Assembly: GCA_036172245.1 (NCBI GenBank)
Contig: JAYWIR010000010.1
Location: forward strand, 3,968,001-4,032,000
Length of the DNA stretch: 64,000 nucleotides
DNA from: Raillietiella orientalis
Lineage: Eukaryota
Reading direction: 5' to 3'
Below are positions 1-12,419 of this stretch, piece by piece (position 1 is the first letter of the stretch; each line of letters starts with the position of its first letter). The notes beneath the pieces are model-generated. The model saw only the letters and a program-made list of their open reading frames with translations, searched no databases and had not been told where the DNA came from. Position numbers and translations under genes: made by a program.

Positions 1-420
1 CACCCGGGATGGCTCTGGAGAAAGGCGTTCGCTCCTATTACGTAGGGAACTCTTCCCTACTACCTCCGGAGGGACCACCCGGAGGGGAGGCATTCCTCAC
101 TCCTTTGAAGGGAACCCGAAAAGGAACCGCTCCTGGATTTCTTCTCCATTGGGGACCCGCAAGGGGAGTATCATCAGGTATGCGATGGAGGCTCCATCCA
201 CAGGGATGGAAGGAGGGCAGCTCCATTTTTACGATCGGAGGGGAACCGCGAAGGACTCCTTGATCCTTGGAAGGGACCCCGGAGGGTCAACTTCCAATCC
301 CGGACACTCTCCAGGGGCATCTGGGGGGTTCCGGTTTCCACTGGCGCCGCGCTTGAATAGGCCAACCAGCGTCATCTTACGGGGAGGACTCGAAAACCCA
401 CGGCGCACCCATTTCTGGGC
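1..420 (+). mobile_element. degenerate L1/Tx1-like LINE fragment (RT C-terminal region)
   Basis: Similar at nucleotide level to the reverse complement of ~19750-20150 (shared KGTRKG and ASGGF segments). GGF resembles the post-RT GGLG motif. Confidence 0.55.
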
Positions 421-1299
421 GTTTCCCTGGTGAAATTCTCACCCTCAACGCTCGGTGCCACGTGTGAAGACCACAGCCACGCAGCCGCCAACGCGGACAG
501 TGTGACCACTTGTCACTCTCGTCGTCATCTCTTCTGCACGGTTTCGGCAAAGGCGAGCAGTAAGAAAGAAGAAAGCGACAAGTGCCAAACGGCGGCGAAC
601 GATCGCATGGGGGGGGGGAAGGGGGGAAGGGGGGAAGAAAAAGTGAGAGAGTCGGAGCAGCGGTGAATCTTCACTCTGAAAGTGTGAGATGCATTCAGAC
701 AGTCAGAAACCGTGCCGAAAGTGCGAGACCTGCGTGTTTGCCATCGCCCGAAGATACCGGTAACAATTCGATACCTTCAGAAGAACTGAAAACATACCAA
801 AAGAGGGAAAGTTCCCCTCCTGAAAAAAAAAAAAAAAAAAAAAGCAAATCCTCATGAAAAATGAGGACCTCTTCAGAACAGAAGCATTTGGCACGCACGC
901 AAGGAATGGTGTCCTTCTTTCTGGGAAGGGAGGGGAAAAAAAACCTTCTGAACCACTGCCTTTTGCAAACAAAAAGGAACTTCCGCATCCATGTGCCTGT
1001 CTTCCGCACTCACTTCCCGGCAACCCATGTCGAGACTCGCTCCACATCGGGTAGAAGCACTGAGTTTCGCTCCTCTGTTTGCAGACTTCCAGCTTGATTT
1101 TCAGAATCACCCATTGAACCTCCAAGTTGCACTCGAAGGGCTTCCCGTAATTACGTGCCATTCGCTGCGGTTTTGGCCAACTAACTCTGTGCACAAGGAA
1201 TTCACGGGGGCCCCAAAGATGCGAAAAAATCGAGGTCAGAAGAAAAAAGAGGGTCTGGAGGAATCCTTGCAGGTGCGCAATCGTCCCGAATGTTTGGCA

Positions 1300-2040
1300 A
1301 CCGGGAAGCTCCCAAGTTCTAAGGGGATGCTCCGAAAGGAATTCTGTTCTCAGGCTTTGCCAAGCTCCCCACTTCGCCAGGTGAAAGACCTAAGGTCATT
1401 GAAGACGCCATCAATAGTACTGAGATCTCAGCCAATTCGTTCCCGTTCGAGGCATTCGAGGTAAAAGTTGGTGAGTCAGCCTTGAACGTTAGGTGCGAGG
1501 GAAGAGCTGTGGCTAGAACTCTGTGTTCTGGGAAGGATGCAAGGAGGAGTTTTCGTAACGAGCAGCGGCTGACGGTGCATTCCGATGACAGATCCCGATC
1601 GTAGAAACTCTGGAGGTCTTGAGTGTTGAACATCTGAGACGCGAGCGCTTTGAGGAAGTTCTGGAACACCCGACCGGTGGTGATGCCCATCGACACTATC
1701 CAAACACATCGGGAACGTCCACTGGACTCACTGGCTGGGAAACCTGATCCCCCCGTCCTGAAAAGAAGGGGTCCACCTAATAATAGAAGCATGTTTCTCA
1801 TCTGAAGTGACCAAGGCAGAGCGCTGTGCAGGAGGAAACCTAAAATAAAAGAGGAAATATATGAAAATCGTGCACTTTCCCTTTCGCTCTCGGGAACCCA
1901 AGCGTCATTTCTCCCGACTATCGCCGGCTTACTGAGATTCTGGGATGCTCCGAACGGCAATTTTCTGAAAGCGCTGGAAAGCCCAAGTGAATGCAATCTT
2001 AGACCGAAAAGATGGCATTGCCCAACATCCAACGCATTCC
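1300..2040 (+). mobile_element. degenerate L1/Tx1-like LINE fragment (RT C-terminal region)
   Basis: Broken frames give LNVRCEGRAVARTL (LSxxGRxxL-like) and RNSGGL (GGLG-like). Confidence 0.4.
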
Positions 2041-2049
2041 GGACATCTA

Positions 2050-2450
2050 CCGCAGAAACCCTCCGAACGGATAAGTGCCGACCGACAGACGTAGTCGAGT
2101 CGTCAGAAGACCATCGATTTTTAGATTCACATCTTCGGAAGACAAGTGTTGTCCTAGCGGCGGAAACTCATGGTGCCGAGAGGAAGAAAAAGACTGCGGG
2201 TTCGAATTCCAGAGGTGGACTCTTCTGGACAAAACCCTCAATCCAACAAGGAACATCTTGCACCTCCTGCACTTCTGTCGCAGGGCAGCCTTTCGCCAAC
2301 GGTACGGATGTGCTTTTCGTTCAGCCTCGACAGGAAGTCCTCGGAGCACACCAAATATAGTGAGCCATAGTCTGAAACCTCCACGATGTCACGTGCTCTC
2401 CATTTCTAGAGCTCAGTTTGGGAACTCACACGCAACCCATCTCTTAGAGT
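2050..2450 (-). mobile_element. degenerate L1/Tx1-like LINE 3' fragment
   Basis: gctcagtttggg near 2410 matches the PNC codon region of the copies at ~4930 and ~19255. FLVGLRVLSRRVHLWN resembles LTALSSLRGIVAAWN of the 19 kb copy. Confidence 0.4.
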
Positions 2451-2788
2451 GTCTCAAATCGTTTTTTCCTTCCCCAAGGAAAAAGGAAACATGAAGGACC
2501 ATTGCGATCAGTGAAGCTCGTAGTGATTGGTGAGTTTCTCATGGAATGGACAGAACTGCCCTGCGAAGCGTAATGCTGTTTTTTTTTTTTTTTTTGTTGT
2601 TGTCCTTTCCCGTTTTGCATCAATCCACATCTTTGTCTCACGGTTCGTCGCGCTCACGCAGTTAGAGCAACCAGCATCCTCATTTTGCACGAGATGTGTG
2701 AATTCCTGCTCGGACTTTCACTGCGGTTTTCCCTTTTCCTCTCGCCAGGAAGGTCTGGCTGGCAGGAAGATTCCCCGAGTTCCCGGTT

Positions 2789-4330
2789 TTGTCAAGGCAG
2801 CGTGCGATTCCGGAAACACCAATGGGCGTGAAACCTGGAAATGATCCTCACAAGCAGTCGTTCAGATCGAGAATAAACAGAATGACCATACATGGTGTGG
2901 AACTTTGCGCGAATCACCAGCTATTAGTGCTTCAAGAGCACTGTGGACTGGAGTACTGCTTGCAAGAAATGCAGTTCGATACTCCGCGTTACCAGCTTCC
3001 CGTAGCTCGAGAGACGAATCCACCAGGCCGCCTGCATCTCTTGGACAAGCAAAGAAGAATTTCGTCTGTCAAAGGGGCAGATGAGAGAATGCGAAGCGTC
3101 GGCGCGCAGGCGTCCGTAGCCGAATCTGCGAACTTGAGTGACGCGTGCACTGGGCGAGTTTCCGGGAACTCTCTGCACGCTTCCCACGAGGCCTCCCCCG
3201 CCATTTGTCGTAACGACTCATTGGCCACCGCCAGGTGTGCGAACAGGAGCGCTCGGTTCCCGAAAGCGGAGTGTGCACAAGATCTCCCACCTGCCTCACC
3301 TGTTTTCGAAAGAATCAAGTTTGCCGTCTTTTCTGAGATGCAGAAACTGCCTCCTTCCCGTAACGAGTTGCCCTTCGGAGCATCCCCCGTGCTGACGCGT
3401 TCGAGGTTGCCGTTGCCATTAAGAATTAATGGAGATGTTTACAAATCAGTGCTGGGCTGGGAGGCACGCGTTCGACAGAGTCGAGCAGACTTCGGATTCT
3501 TCGCTAAGACCGTGGCATGTGGAGCCTCTTGGTTGGCGCCTCAAGAGGGGCAAGGAATCTCTGTTCGCAGGTTCTGGGATAATTGCAAGCATCTAGGGAA
3601 GCTCCGAGCTCTGGAGACAAAAGGAAAAACTTTCAGTAATCAGATCGAACGCGTACAGCAGATTTCGAACCGTCTGCATTAGAGGGGAAAAGGGCCGGTC
3701 GACTCTTGCACCTTTGGACGGGATGAGAACCGTAAACAGAAGTGGCAAACTCGAAACTCGTGTCGCCTCGACGACTCCTTTCCCCATCCAGCATCGTTGC
3801 ATGGAAACGCACACGCGCGAGGTGCACAAGCAGGATTCCTAGTGATTCGGAGCCGCGCAGAGCGTAACTCACTTTGTTCAGTGGGTCTGCTAATGTCTCG
3901 TGTTCCTGAAATCTCGCCTGAGGATCTTACTGTCGACAGCCCGGGTCGCTCTCCGTGCGGTCATTTCGAACATTCCCTTACCAGCCATTCCGGATCCTTT
4001 CGATCGTGAAGGCCTTCGAGAAGCGGAGTTCTTATTTCTGTTTCCGCAATCCAAAGAAGAAACGCAAACATCATTCAGAGGTGTGTTTTCTGCTGAGATG
4101 ATTGGACGCACGAATAGTTTTCCACCTCTGACCTATGCTCACAGTTGTTAACACCCTGATAGCCTCTTAGGCAACCACTTTATTCCATCCTTGTGCGACT
4201 GTTTCTGCAGTCCCTGTTTGCTTTCGCCAGGCGGAAAGGCTTGCTTGCCTCGGAGGAGGGCGTGTTCAGAATTGGGTTCATTCCTCACAAACCTTTCCAT
4301 CGATGCCCTCGGAGATGCATGGCGCCGTCA
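2789..4330 (+). mobile_element. degenerate L1/Tx1-like ORF2: endonuclease plus linker remnant
   Basis: The 297-aa ORF has, in order, LVLQEH (LQETH-like), LDKQRR (DxxGR-like), FGASPVL (SDHxPV-like), LRIN (WKLN-like) and FWDNCK (WDxxK). Catalytic motifs are decayed. Confidence 0.5.
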
Positions 4331-4649
4331 GTTCAGTTCGACTTTTTTTTTCCTTCCTTTTTTGCTCCACTGAAGAAAATCACCTCCTGTTTATTCAGCC
4401 CTATTCGCCATTTTCAACTTCCATAGGGGGCCTAGGGCGAATTTAACGAAACCCCCGTTCTTTCAAACGTCGGAGAGTGTTGTTAGACTGCTCCTTTACG
4501 ACTGTCGTCGTCGTAGCTGTCAGCGAGTAGTGACTGTCGTTGCCATGGTTCGTTTTGAGACTCTCCCTCCTTTAGGAAGTGGCACTTTCTATGCCAACAG
4601 GATCCAAAACGCAGTCCTTCGAATTCCAATTTCTGCGTGTGCCCGAAGG

Positions 4650-6500
4650 AGATCTCTGAGGGCATGGTGAAGGTCGGGGAGCGTGGAGGTGGAGTGACCG
4701 GCTACGTGCTTTTCAATGGTTCCTCCGCAGGCAAGAAAGGACAGGGGGGGTAGGAGTCTTCCCGAAACACTGCAGGAGTCGAAAACCCACTGGATGGCTG
4801 CAATACGAGCGAGTTGGTGAACTCCGCCACTCCTCGCTTCCGGGATAACGGACTCCTTCGGTGGAGTGACCTGCTTGGTGCACTCCCCGAAGAACTTGTG
4901 GTGGGAAAAAGTCTCCTTCACCCCACACCTGGCACAGTTCGGCGATGCGCTTTCCCTCGTCCAGTGATGCCGGCGCGCATTGCACGGAAGACCCCAGTGC
5001 TGTACCAGCAGCGCCGATTGCTGCCACTGGAGGGGAAGCAGCTTGCTGTCCATGAATACCGGGGGTATTTCCAACTCTTCGGGCTGAATAGAGATGAGTT
5101 CGCCCAACGTTCCAGTCCTTTGGAGGCGGTTCTTGCTGTTGCCGCGTCAGCCAGCTCACGCGATATCCAGCCACCAATAGGCTTCCTGCGGGCCGAGGTC
5201 TCGCAGGAAAATTCCCAATTCGCTGGTAGGCAGGTGGAGGACACCTCGATAGCGGAGGACACCACTGCGGCGAAGGGGCTGGCTTCTGGGTAGGCCAACA
5301 TAGTCAGTTCACTACCCACCGCCTCTAGTGTTCTTCCGCTGATCTTCTGAAACTCTCGGCAGCGGGTAACTTCCGACGGGACCTGGGTGAGCTGGTCCCA
5401 CGGCCTCACTTTCTCCTGCCGCCAGGTCGGAGTATTTGCAGGGCGTCAGCGAATCCACGTGTTCGCTCTCATCAGAGCAGCGACACACCGAAGAGGGAAA
5501 CCTCAGGATGGGAGCCGGCGTTGATGACAAGTGCACAGGGTTGCGAGTCCTTCACCACGGACCGCCTGCCGGGAGAGCAAACGTGTAGGGGCGCACCAAT
5601 GGGTGGTCCAGTTCTGTGCTACGAATGCCAGTCTTCGAAAGTTCAACTGAACTTCGATGCGCTCCAACGTCAAAAGTCCAAGTCCTCCGTCGCGACAAGG
5701 AGCACACAAGTCTTTCAATCGGAATCGGGACCTCCCATTGCCCCATAGGGCTTTCGAAAGATGCCCTTCGTCCGTTTCACCATACCGGGGGGGGGGACAA
5801 ACAAAAAGCATGGGTCGGAGGACAGGGGTCACAAAAATGTTCCAAATTACGGCCCGTTCCGGCAACAGAAAGTTACCTTCTTCGAACGTGCCGAGCGCCG
5901 ACTCTGCCTTCTGGAGGAAGTCGTACCACGCTTCCGTAGGGGAAACGTCCCCCGACCGCACGCCGAGGTATCTGAATCACCGAACCGTGGGGATCTCCAA
6001 GCGAATCTAGTTCATCTGCTCTGCCCACGCGATCCAACTGCTACCACGGACGATCGATTTCGCCCTGTTCATCTTCAGTTCTGTTCCGCGGCTCGAAGAA
6101 ATCTTCGAGCGCTGACGCCGGGGTCGACATGCGGAGCAGCAGCAGCAGAAGATCGTCTGCATACGCTGACATGCCAGGTGTGCCTGGGCACGCGCGTGGC
6201 AGGCGAGCCACGGTCTTCCTGTACGCCCGCAGCATCAACTCGAAGTTGGCGCTGAAGAGCAAGAGGCTCAGGCTGTCGCCCTGCCGTATCCCGCGGCGCA
6301 CCGGGACACCGCACGCGCTTTGTCCTCTGAAAGAAATGTTGGTTAGCGCGCCGCGCCAATAGCAGCGCAGAAAGGCCGTTAAAGAGGCCGTTAAAGAAGC
6401 CCATGCGTTCCAAGAGTTCCAGAAGAAGCTCCTGGTCGACGAAGCTCCGATGCTTTTCGCAAGCCGACTGCGACCTCAAGAACCCCCCCACTCCCTGTCC
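4650..6500 (-). mobile_element. L1/Tx1-clade non-LTR retrotransposon, 5'-truncated and frameshifted ORF2 (RT + zf-RVT)
   Basis: RGIRQGDSLSLLLF, AYADDL, RYLG, LWG...LCAPCRDGGLGL and PNCARCGVKETFSHHKFFGEC occur in the expected order across several frames. Confidence 0.9.
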
Positions 6501-6589
6501 CGTTCACCACCGGCGGATGTCCCAGAATTCGGGTTGTCATTTACTGAAATCATTTACTCGAAATCTCGAATCAATCATTTACTCTAGGC

Positions 6590-7323
6590 CCTGCTTGGTG
6601 TGCCCCCGCGCTCCCTTCCTTACCTGTGTGGAGGCACCTCCGTGTTCCCATTCCAGTGGGAACAGCATGTTCTGCTGTTTCCGCACTGGGGATTCCAGTG
6701 CAATCAGAGCAGATCCCTCGTTTCCGCGAAAGCTGCCTCCCCGAACTGCTTGAAATGTGGGGCGATGGAATCGCTCCCGCACCTTTTCTTGGACTGCAGT
6801 GCCCTCGAGGACTTGTGGCGGAGACTCGCTCCAGAGCTCCAACAACCGCTTTGCACTTGCTGAGACGCCTCTTCGCCGGACGCATGCTGGAGAAGAGCCT
6901 GTGATCGCAACAGTCGGTTGCATCCGCGCCATGGAGACAGTGCGCTATGTGTTCGAATCAAGTTCGCGGCTGAGAGAGGTCACCAGCATGGCCAGCAGCT
7001 CTCACGAGGACTGCAGCAAGGTGACCTCATCTGCCGGAATTCCCCACGGAGATCTGATGACCGCTTCTAGAGAGCAAGCAACGTCTCATACCAAAGACCC
7101 CTCTCCCCCCCACCCTCACGTCTTTCTTTCATTTATTTGTTGTCCCCTCCCTCCGTTCCCTACTTTTGGGAAGCCGGCCTGCGTGCCTGTGGTTATGCTG
7201 GATGAACTTCTTTTTGGCATTTCTTGTTTTTTGAGAGGATAGTACTTTTCCCCCTTAATTTGTAGTTTACTTTTGTTAAAGATAAACGTCTCGGCGCAAC
7301 CGGGTTCGAACCTCCACAGTGCC
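6590..7323 (+). mobile_element. L1/Tx1-like 3' end (zf-RVT + 3' UTR + terminal hairpin)
   Basis: FPFQWEQHVLLFPHWG...PNCLKCGAMESLPHLFLDCSALEDLW, then a pyrimidine-rich 3' UTR ending GATAAACGTCTCGGCGCAACCGGG. Confidence 0.85.
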
Positions 7324-8399
7324 GCGTTTCCTTCTCATTTTTCCTCGGCTGTTATGACGCTTACCGAGCTCTCGTGTTGACGAAGGGAAACGCACGGAAC
7401 TCCCGAATAAGCATTTTTCTTGGGCAGTGGCCGAGTCATAAAGCAAAATTGCATTTGTTCCTCATTAGACAGACTTCCTCCTTTAAAGCATTCCCGCCGA
7501 TTCCTTGGACCTTATTTGCTCGGGATCCTCAGATACAAGTGTTGCGTTTTCAATTTCTCGGATTAAAATCATGGCTTTCAGCTTCATGAAAGCCAGAGAA
7601 ATCAATGCACCCAATTACTCGACGTGCGTTTCTCTCTCTTCCTCCTCCTATGCAGCAGGAGCGATGCTGATGCAGATATTCTTCTCACTGAGTGCGCACG
7701 AAAAGTTCTGAGTACGCATTTTTATGGATAATTCCTGAGGCAATCTCATCCAAACTTTCCTATTCCATCCGAACGGAGTTCAACCGACGAAGGGAAATCT
7801 TCGGGTTTCGGAGGGAAACCTCGTCTTCCAGCTCAAACGGCAGAAAATGGGAAAATGAGAACGGCTGAAATGAGAACGTGCTTCTCGGGGAATGGAAAAA
7901 CGGATGGGCCGATCACTTCATCGAACCTGAGATCTCCCTCTGCGGCCGCTGCAGCGGCGAAGTGCGTTCGTGCGCAGCCCATACAGGGAGTTTCTCACGC
8001 ACACGTGGCACACTTGGCCACACACGAAAGTTGTAGGGATAAACGGCGAGGAGACGCGCAGCTGCACTTTGCCGATGCAGAATTCCTTCGGATTTGTCTT
8101 ATGCTTCGCTTCTCCTCGCACACTCATTGAAAGCAGATTTTTTGAAAGCAGCAGAAGACGAAAAAAAAGCAAAAACAAATTGCTTCTTGTCTTTCTCCCT
8201 TTTATAAATCGCGAAGTGCATGAAGATCTAAAATAAGTGAGGATACAGCTGATGATGATTCATTCAGCCACACACATGAGAGGTGGAACAGCTCTCTCCA
8301 GCCATAGCAAGCACTGCTATGAAATGCTAACGATCTTACAAGCCCGCGTTTCTCAGATTCGTGGCGACGAAGAAGCGAATCGGAATCGAAGTAGGGCTT

Positions 8400-8850
8400 C
8401 CCGCTCCATGAAATGACCCCAAGGAGAAGAGCGGAATGGGCTACACCAGAGCTGCTGAGCGCCGGTATGTTCCCTCTTCGCCTCCTGCCTCCGCTGCCCC
8501 TCATTTTGGGTGATGCGTCGCAGCACGGCACAGCGCGTAAGGAGAAAACAAAGAGCTGGACAATGCAGCAGCTTCACGTGGACCGGCACGTGTGGACTCG
8601 TATATGTCTCCACGAGCACACTCGACCATTGAGGATCTTCACATGGTCACGTATGCCGGACGTTTATTTACAAAAATGGACAAATACGCGAAGACGTTGG
8701 CTCGCTACGTCCCACCTACTCCAACGATTCCTGGAGGGTGCTGGCGAAGTCCGCAGTGGGAACGGACAGAATTTTTACACTCTCGGAGAAGGGGATCACT
8801 ATGTGTACCGTCGGGTTTTATGAAGGGATGGCCTCCTTATATCTTTCCAT
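8400..8850 (+). mobile_element. degenerate L1/Tx1-like fragment
   Basis: Segment ~8690-8790 resembles the reverse complement of ~19590-19680. Confidence 0.35.
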
Positions 8851-8859
8851 CTCTACGTG

Positions 8860-9125
8860 AATCCGCAGAAAGTGGGTTGAGCAATGGACGGCTTCCCTGA
8901 CGTCACGTCTGCTCTGGACCATCGTTTCCGGCAGCGATTCCAGGAGATCCTGCAGCTCCCCAACCGGGACGACGGGTGGGTCATGGAGCAACTTCTTACA
9001 ATGCCCGGGGGCAACACAATGTACTAGCAGGTGGGAAAAGGATTCGACTTCTCGCTCTTGGCACAGTTCGGAACGACACCTCCCCTCGTCCAGTGGTGCC
9101 GGCGCGCAACTGGACGAAAAGAATT
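8860..9125 (-). mobile_element. L1/Tx1-like zf-RVT fragment
   Basis: 9057-9115 closely matches 4928-4985. The minus strand reads NCAKS..ESFSHLLVHC. Confidence 0.7.
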
Positions 9126-9129
9126 GACC

Positions 9130-9353
9130 TCTATCCCTTCTCCCTTCTATACATCCATTTATTGTCCTCTCTCTCCTACACCCTCCCCGTGCTTCTTCGT
9201 AGCCGTCCTGAGAGTTGGTGGTTTTCTTTTTCTTTTTTTCCCCCTGAATTTTTCATGGACTACCGGATCCTCCAATTCACACTGCCTTTTTATTTATTTT
9301 TACTTTTTCTGGAAAATAAACGTCTCGGAGTAACCGGGGATGAAAACAGTGCC
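9130..9353 (+). mobile_element. L1/Tx1-like 3' UTR-only fragment with terminal hairpin
   Basis: Pyrimidine-rich tract ending AATAAACGTCTCGGAGTAACCGGGG, near-identical to the 7281-7304 terminus. Confidence 0.65.
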
Positions 9354-10000
9354 ACCGTGCATCGCGCGGTAATCCCCAACAGTGCCAGAAGAGCCGACTG
9401 CCTTCACTTGGAGGGAAGGAGTAAACTACCCTTTATTTCTGGGGGCTTCTCCAGCTCGTTAGATGGAATATCGAAGAGCTCAGCCCAGCGGAAAAATCCT
9501 TCGGAGGAAGCCTTCGATGCTGCCGCATCGGCGAGCTGATGCGCGGCCCAGACACCACCAAGGGGTTTCTTGCAGCCCGAGTTCGAAGGAAATCTCTTAC
9601 CTTGCCGGCAGCCATGAACCTCGGAAACAGACTGCGGCGAAGGAGGTGAGCACAGGTTGTTGCTCGCTGTCCATCGTCTCATAGTTCTATTGGCACTCTC
9701 GCTCACTTCTAAGTAGCAGGTTACTTCAAACATGATCTGAGTGACCTCCGCCCACGTTCTTCCTATCATCTATCGCCAAGCGTTCTTAGAACAGCTGGAG
9801 AGCCACGGACGTTCGTCTCTCTGGGAGGCGATTGGCCCAATTTGTAAGTCGCCACTCCCAGCTGCACTTCGATGGCTGCACAAAAGTTGACTCGCTGGTC
9901 CATCACAACCGGTCGCTAGACTGAGAAGAAGACGTTCCGGGACTCTCTGGAACTTCGATGCCTGGCCATCAAGGCCAGCCCTTGCAACCGGAGCTCTCCC
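9347..10000 (-). mobile_element. L1/Tx1-like ORF2 C-terminal fragment
   Basis: KKPLGGVWAAHQLADAAASKASSEGFFRWAELFDIPSNELEKPP...LLP aligns with RKPIGGWISRELADAATARTASKGLERW / ELEIPPVFMDSKLLP of the 4650-6500 copy. Confidence 0.75.
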
Positions 10001-10049
10001 GAGTTAGTAGTCCAAGTTATCCATCCCGACATGATGCCACCAAGTCCTT

Positions 10050-10980
10050 AAGCCGGACATGAGGCTTCCCTGCTTCCTCAAAAGGCTTCCGGACTGCTTT
10101 TTAGACAGCACTGAAGGAGAGACAAACAGTGAGAAGAGCTCCGAGAAAAGGAGCTATGGGCGTCTTCTGCATGGCGGCTCGTTCCGTCAAGAAGACCTTG
10201 CCACATAGCTAAGACCAAAACGCTGACTCTGCCTTTTGAAGACTGCAGGATCAGGATTCTTCCAAGCAGAAGTCCCCAGAGAAACACTCGAGGTGCTTGA
10301 AGCATCTGTCCGTTGGGATCCCCAAGAGGGTCCAGTCCGTCTATCCATGCCACTGCAACCGGGACCACTCACGAATTCGGTCTGTTCACGCTCCTTCGCT
10401 CACTTTGGTGGATCAACTCAAAGGAAGTCCTGCAACCTTCAGATCCTGCACGACTCCGAAAGTCAAGTGAGCAGGCTTGACTTGGCGCAGAAAACTCCCA
10501 GACGCGAGGCTGGAAGTACTGCCATCTGAGAGGGCGAATCCGCACGACAAGGCTCGACCTCAACGAGCAACTCACCCACCACTGAGCGCCAGTGAAGATT
10601 TTGGCCAGCAGCGAGGGATGGGAGATACGAAAAGACCGCAAGGAAAAAACGTGCGCTACCTCACTCCTCCTGGATGCGTGACGACTGCAACCAGCGGACT
10701 GGATGGAAGGTTTCTTGCTGCAGACTCCATAGGCCCACAAGCGACTGGTTGGATCGCGGGCTCTCGCATGCCGCGACACCAATTATTCGCTCTCGAGAAC
10801 TGCTCAGAGGTGGACAGATCTAGACATCCCGCCACTAGGTCGCCACTAGAGATCCCCACCGGTCTTCCTCTGGAAGGCTGAGCACTTCCTACCCCCCGTG
10901 GAGACCCTCATGGATGCCCCTCTTGCACCGGAGCTCCCACGGCAACCAACAGCGTGAGCACCACTGCCACCTAAAGACTC
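10050..10980 (+). mobile_element. degenerate L1/Tx1-like RT-to-C-terminus fragment
   Basis: GIP(Q)EGP-like remnant near 10315 and LEIPxxVFL-like segment near 10850 that matches the other copies. Confidence 0.45.
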
Positions 10981-11749
10981 CGTGGAATTTGCTTTCCCAA
11001 CGAAGAAGGGCATCGGCTGCGCGAAGCTTCCGATGAAGGAGCGAGGGGAGGGTGGTCAACTGACTCCGCGAAGGACAGGAAGGATTGAGAGAAGACCACA
11101 GTAAAATAAGGGCGGAAGGGAAAGGGTTCGCCGGCTCAGCTGTCGCGCTTTCCGCAGCCTCTGAGCAGCAACGGAGGCGTCCTGCCTAGCTGGACCAAGT
11201 CCACCACGTTCGATCGACCCTCGCCTTCCACGCTATCCACGCTCCTTCCCGCTCTTCGGCGGATCAGCTCGAACGAATCCTCGAGCGAGGCCGCCGTGCG
11301 CGACAGCAGCAGAAGACCGTCTTCGCGGCAGACGCGCCGGAGCACAAGTTCGACAGGGTGTCTAGCGGAGTCTTCCTGTAAGCCCTCAGCACATCAGCTG
11401 GAAGTAGAGCGAAGCGCGGGAGGACCAGGAGAGCAGGCGGTAAGATCGGGAGCTCCAGGAACTGCAGATGAAGAAGCTCCTGGTCGGGACGCAGTCGAAG
11501 GGCAAGCCGACTGCGATCGCGGCGACTCCCCCGGTTCGTCCGCTTCCCCTCGGCCTCCCTATCGCCAGCCCACGAGGGATCCAGGGTCTCTGCGGCCGCC
11601 CGACTCAACCCGCTGCCGCGACCGGAGCCACGAACTCTCCAGGAACGGGTTGACTTTTCCGCTCTCCGCCCGATCATGGCGCGCGTCTCTTCCGGGCCGA
11701 CCATAATTCGGCTGACCTCCCTCGCCAGGCCAGGCGCCCGGGTCCACGG

Positions 11750-12390
11750 CTTGGCCAGCAGCCTGGTGTCCACGGTTACGGCGGTGGATTGCTCTTCAGC
11801 TGCTCGCATTCTGGACGTCTCCTCCCATGGGGAGTGGACGTGCCCTTGCTGACCGGAACGAAGCTGGTGCTTCGTCCGCTCCGCGCGAGTCAGGGTTGCC
11901 AACTGATGAGCCCGAAAGGTCGGCTCTGCCCCGAAGTATTGGGAAAACTCTTCAGGCGGTCCGTTCCTCCCTCTCCGCGAACCGCAAAAGGCTTGTTGAG
12001 GCTCCGTGTCGACTCCTCTTTCGGCGCTGGAGGGTCTTCGGGCAGCGGCATCCGCGAGGAGTCGCGCTCCGGAGGAACCAGTGCGTACGATGACGAGATC
12101 ATCTCTGGTCCTAACCCTCCAGCAAGGTGACTGAGTTGGGCTGCCCGCTTGTTCTGCATTCCCTCATCGAACCCGAACCTTCATAGTGCTTCTATTTGTT
12201 TTTATTAATTTTATGTATCTTTTTGTTTTCTCTCTTCCCCTTCGTTGTTGAGGTGAACCTCGCCGGTCTGCGTACCGGCAGGTCCTTTCATCAAGTTGAG
12301 CATGGTAGGGCCACGTGTCCTGCCACAATAGTTGTAGAGTTTCATTACTGATTTCAAGAAACTTCCGGTAGCGACCGGGTGAAAACGTCG
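11750..12390 (+). mobile_element. degenerate L1/Tx1-like 3' end
   Basis: 3' UTR carries GAACCTCGCCGGTCTGC (identical at ~21227), the TGGTAGG..CCTGCCA hairpin and the terminal CCGG..ACCGGG motif. Confidence 0.65.
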
Positions 12391-12419
12391 AAGCTGATAT
12401 GAAGGAGAAGTACCGAAAA

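Noticed and set aside
6374..6397. 12-bp tandem duplication in RT (FNGL twice)
   Set aside because: Ordinary post-insertion slippage in a dead element.
4650..7323. Twin-priming 5' inversion explaining the head-to-head LINE pair (also 18651-21350)
   Set aside because: Both arms contain the same zf-RVT region and are diverged from each other, so they are independent copies.
11900..11935. Hammerhead-like CTGATGAGCCCGAAAGG
   Set aside because: Stem I cannot form and stem II is not followed by GAAA. It lies in decayed LINE coding sequence.
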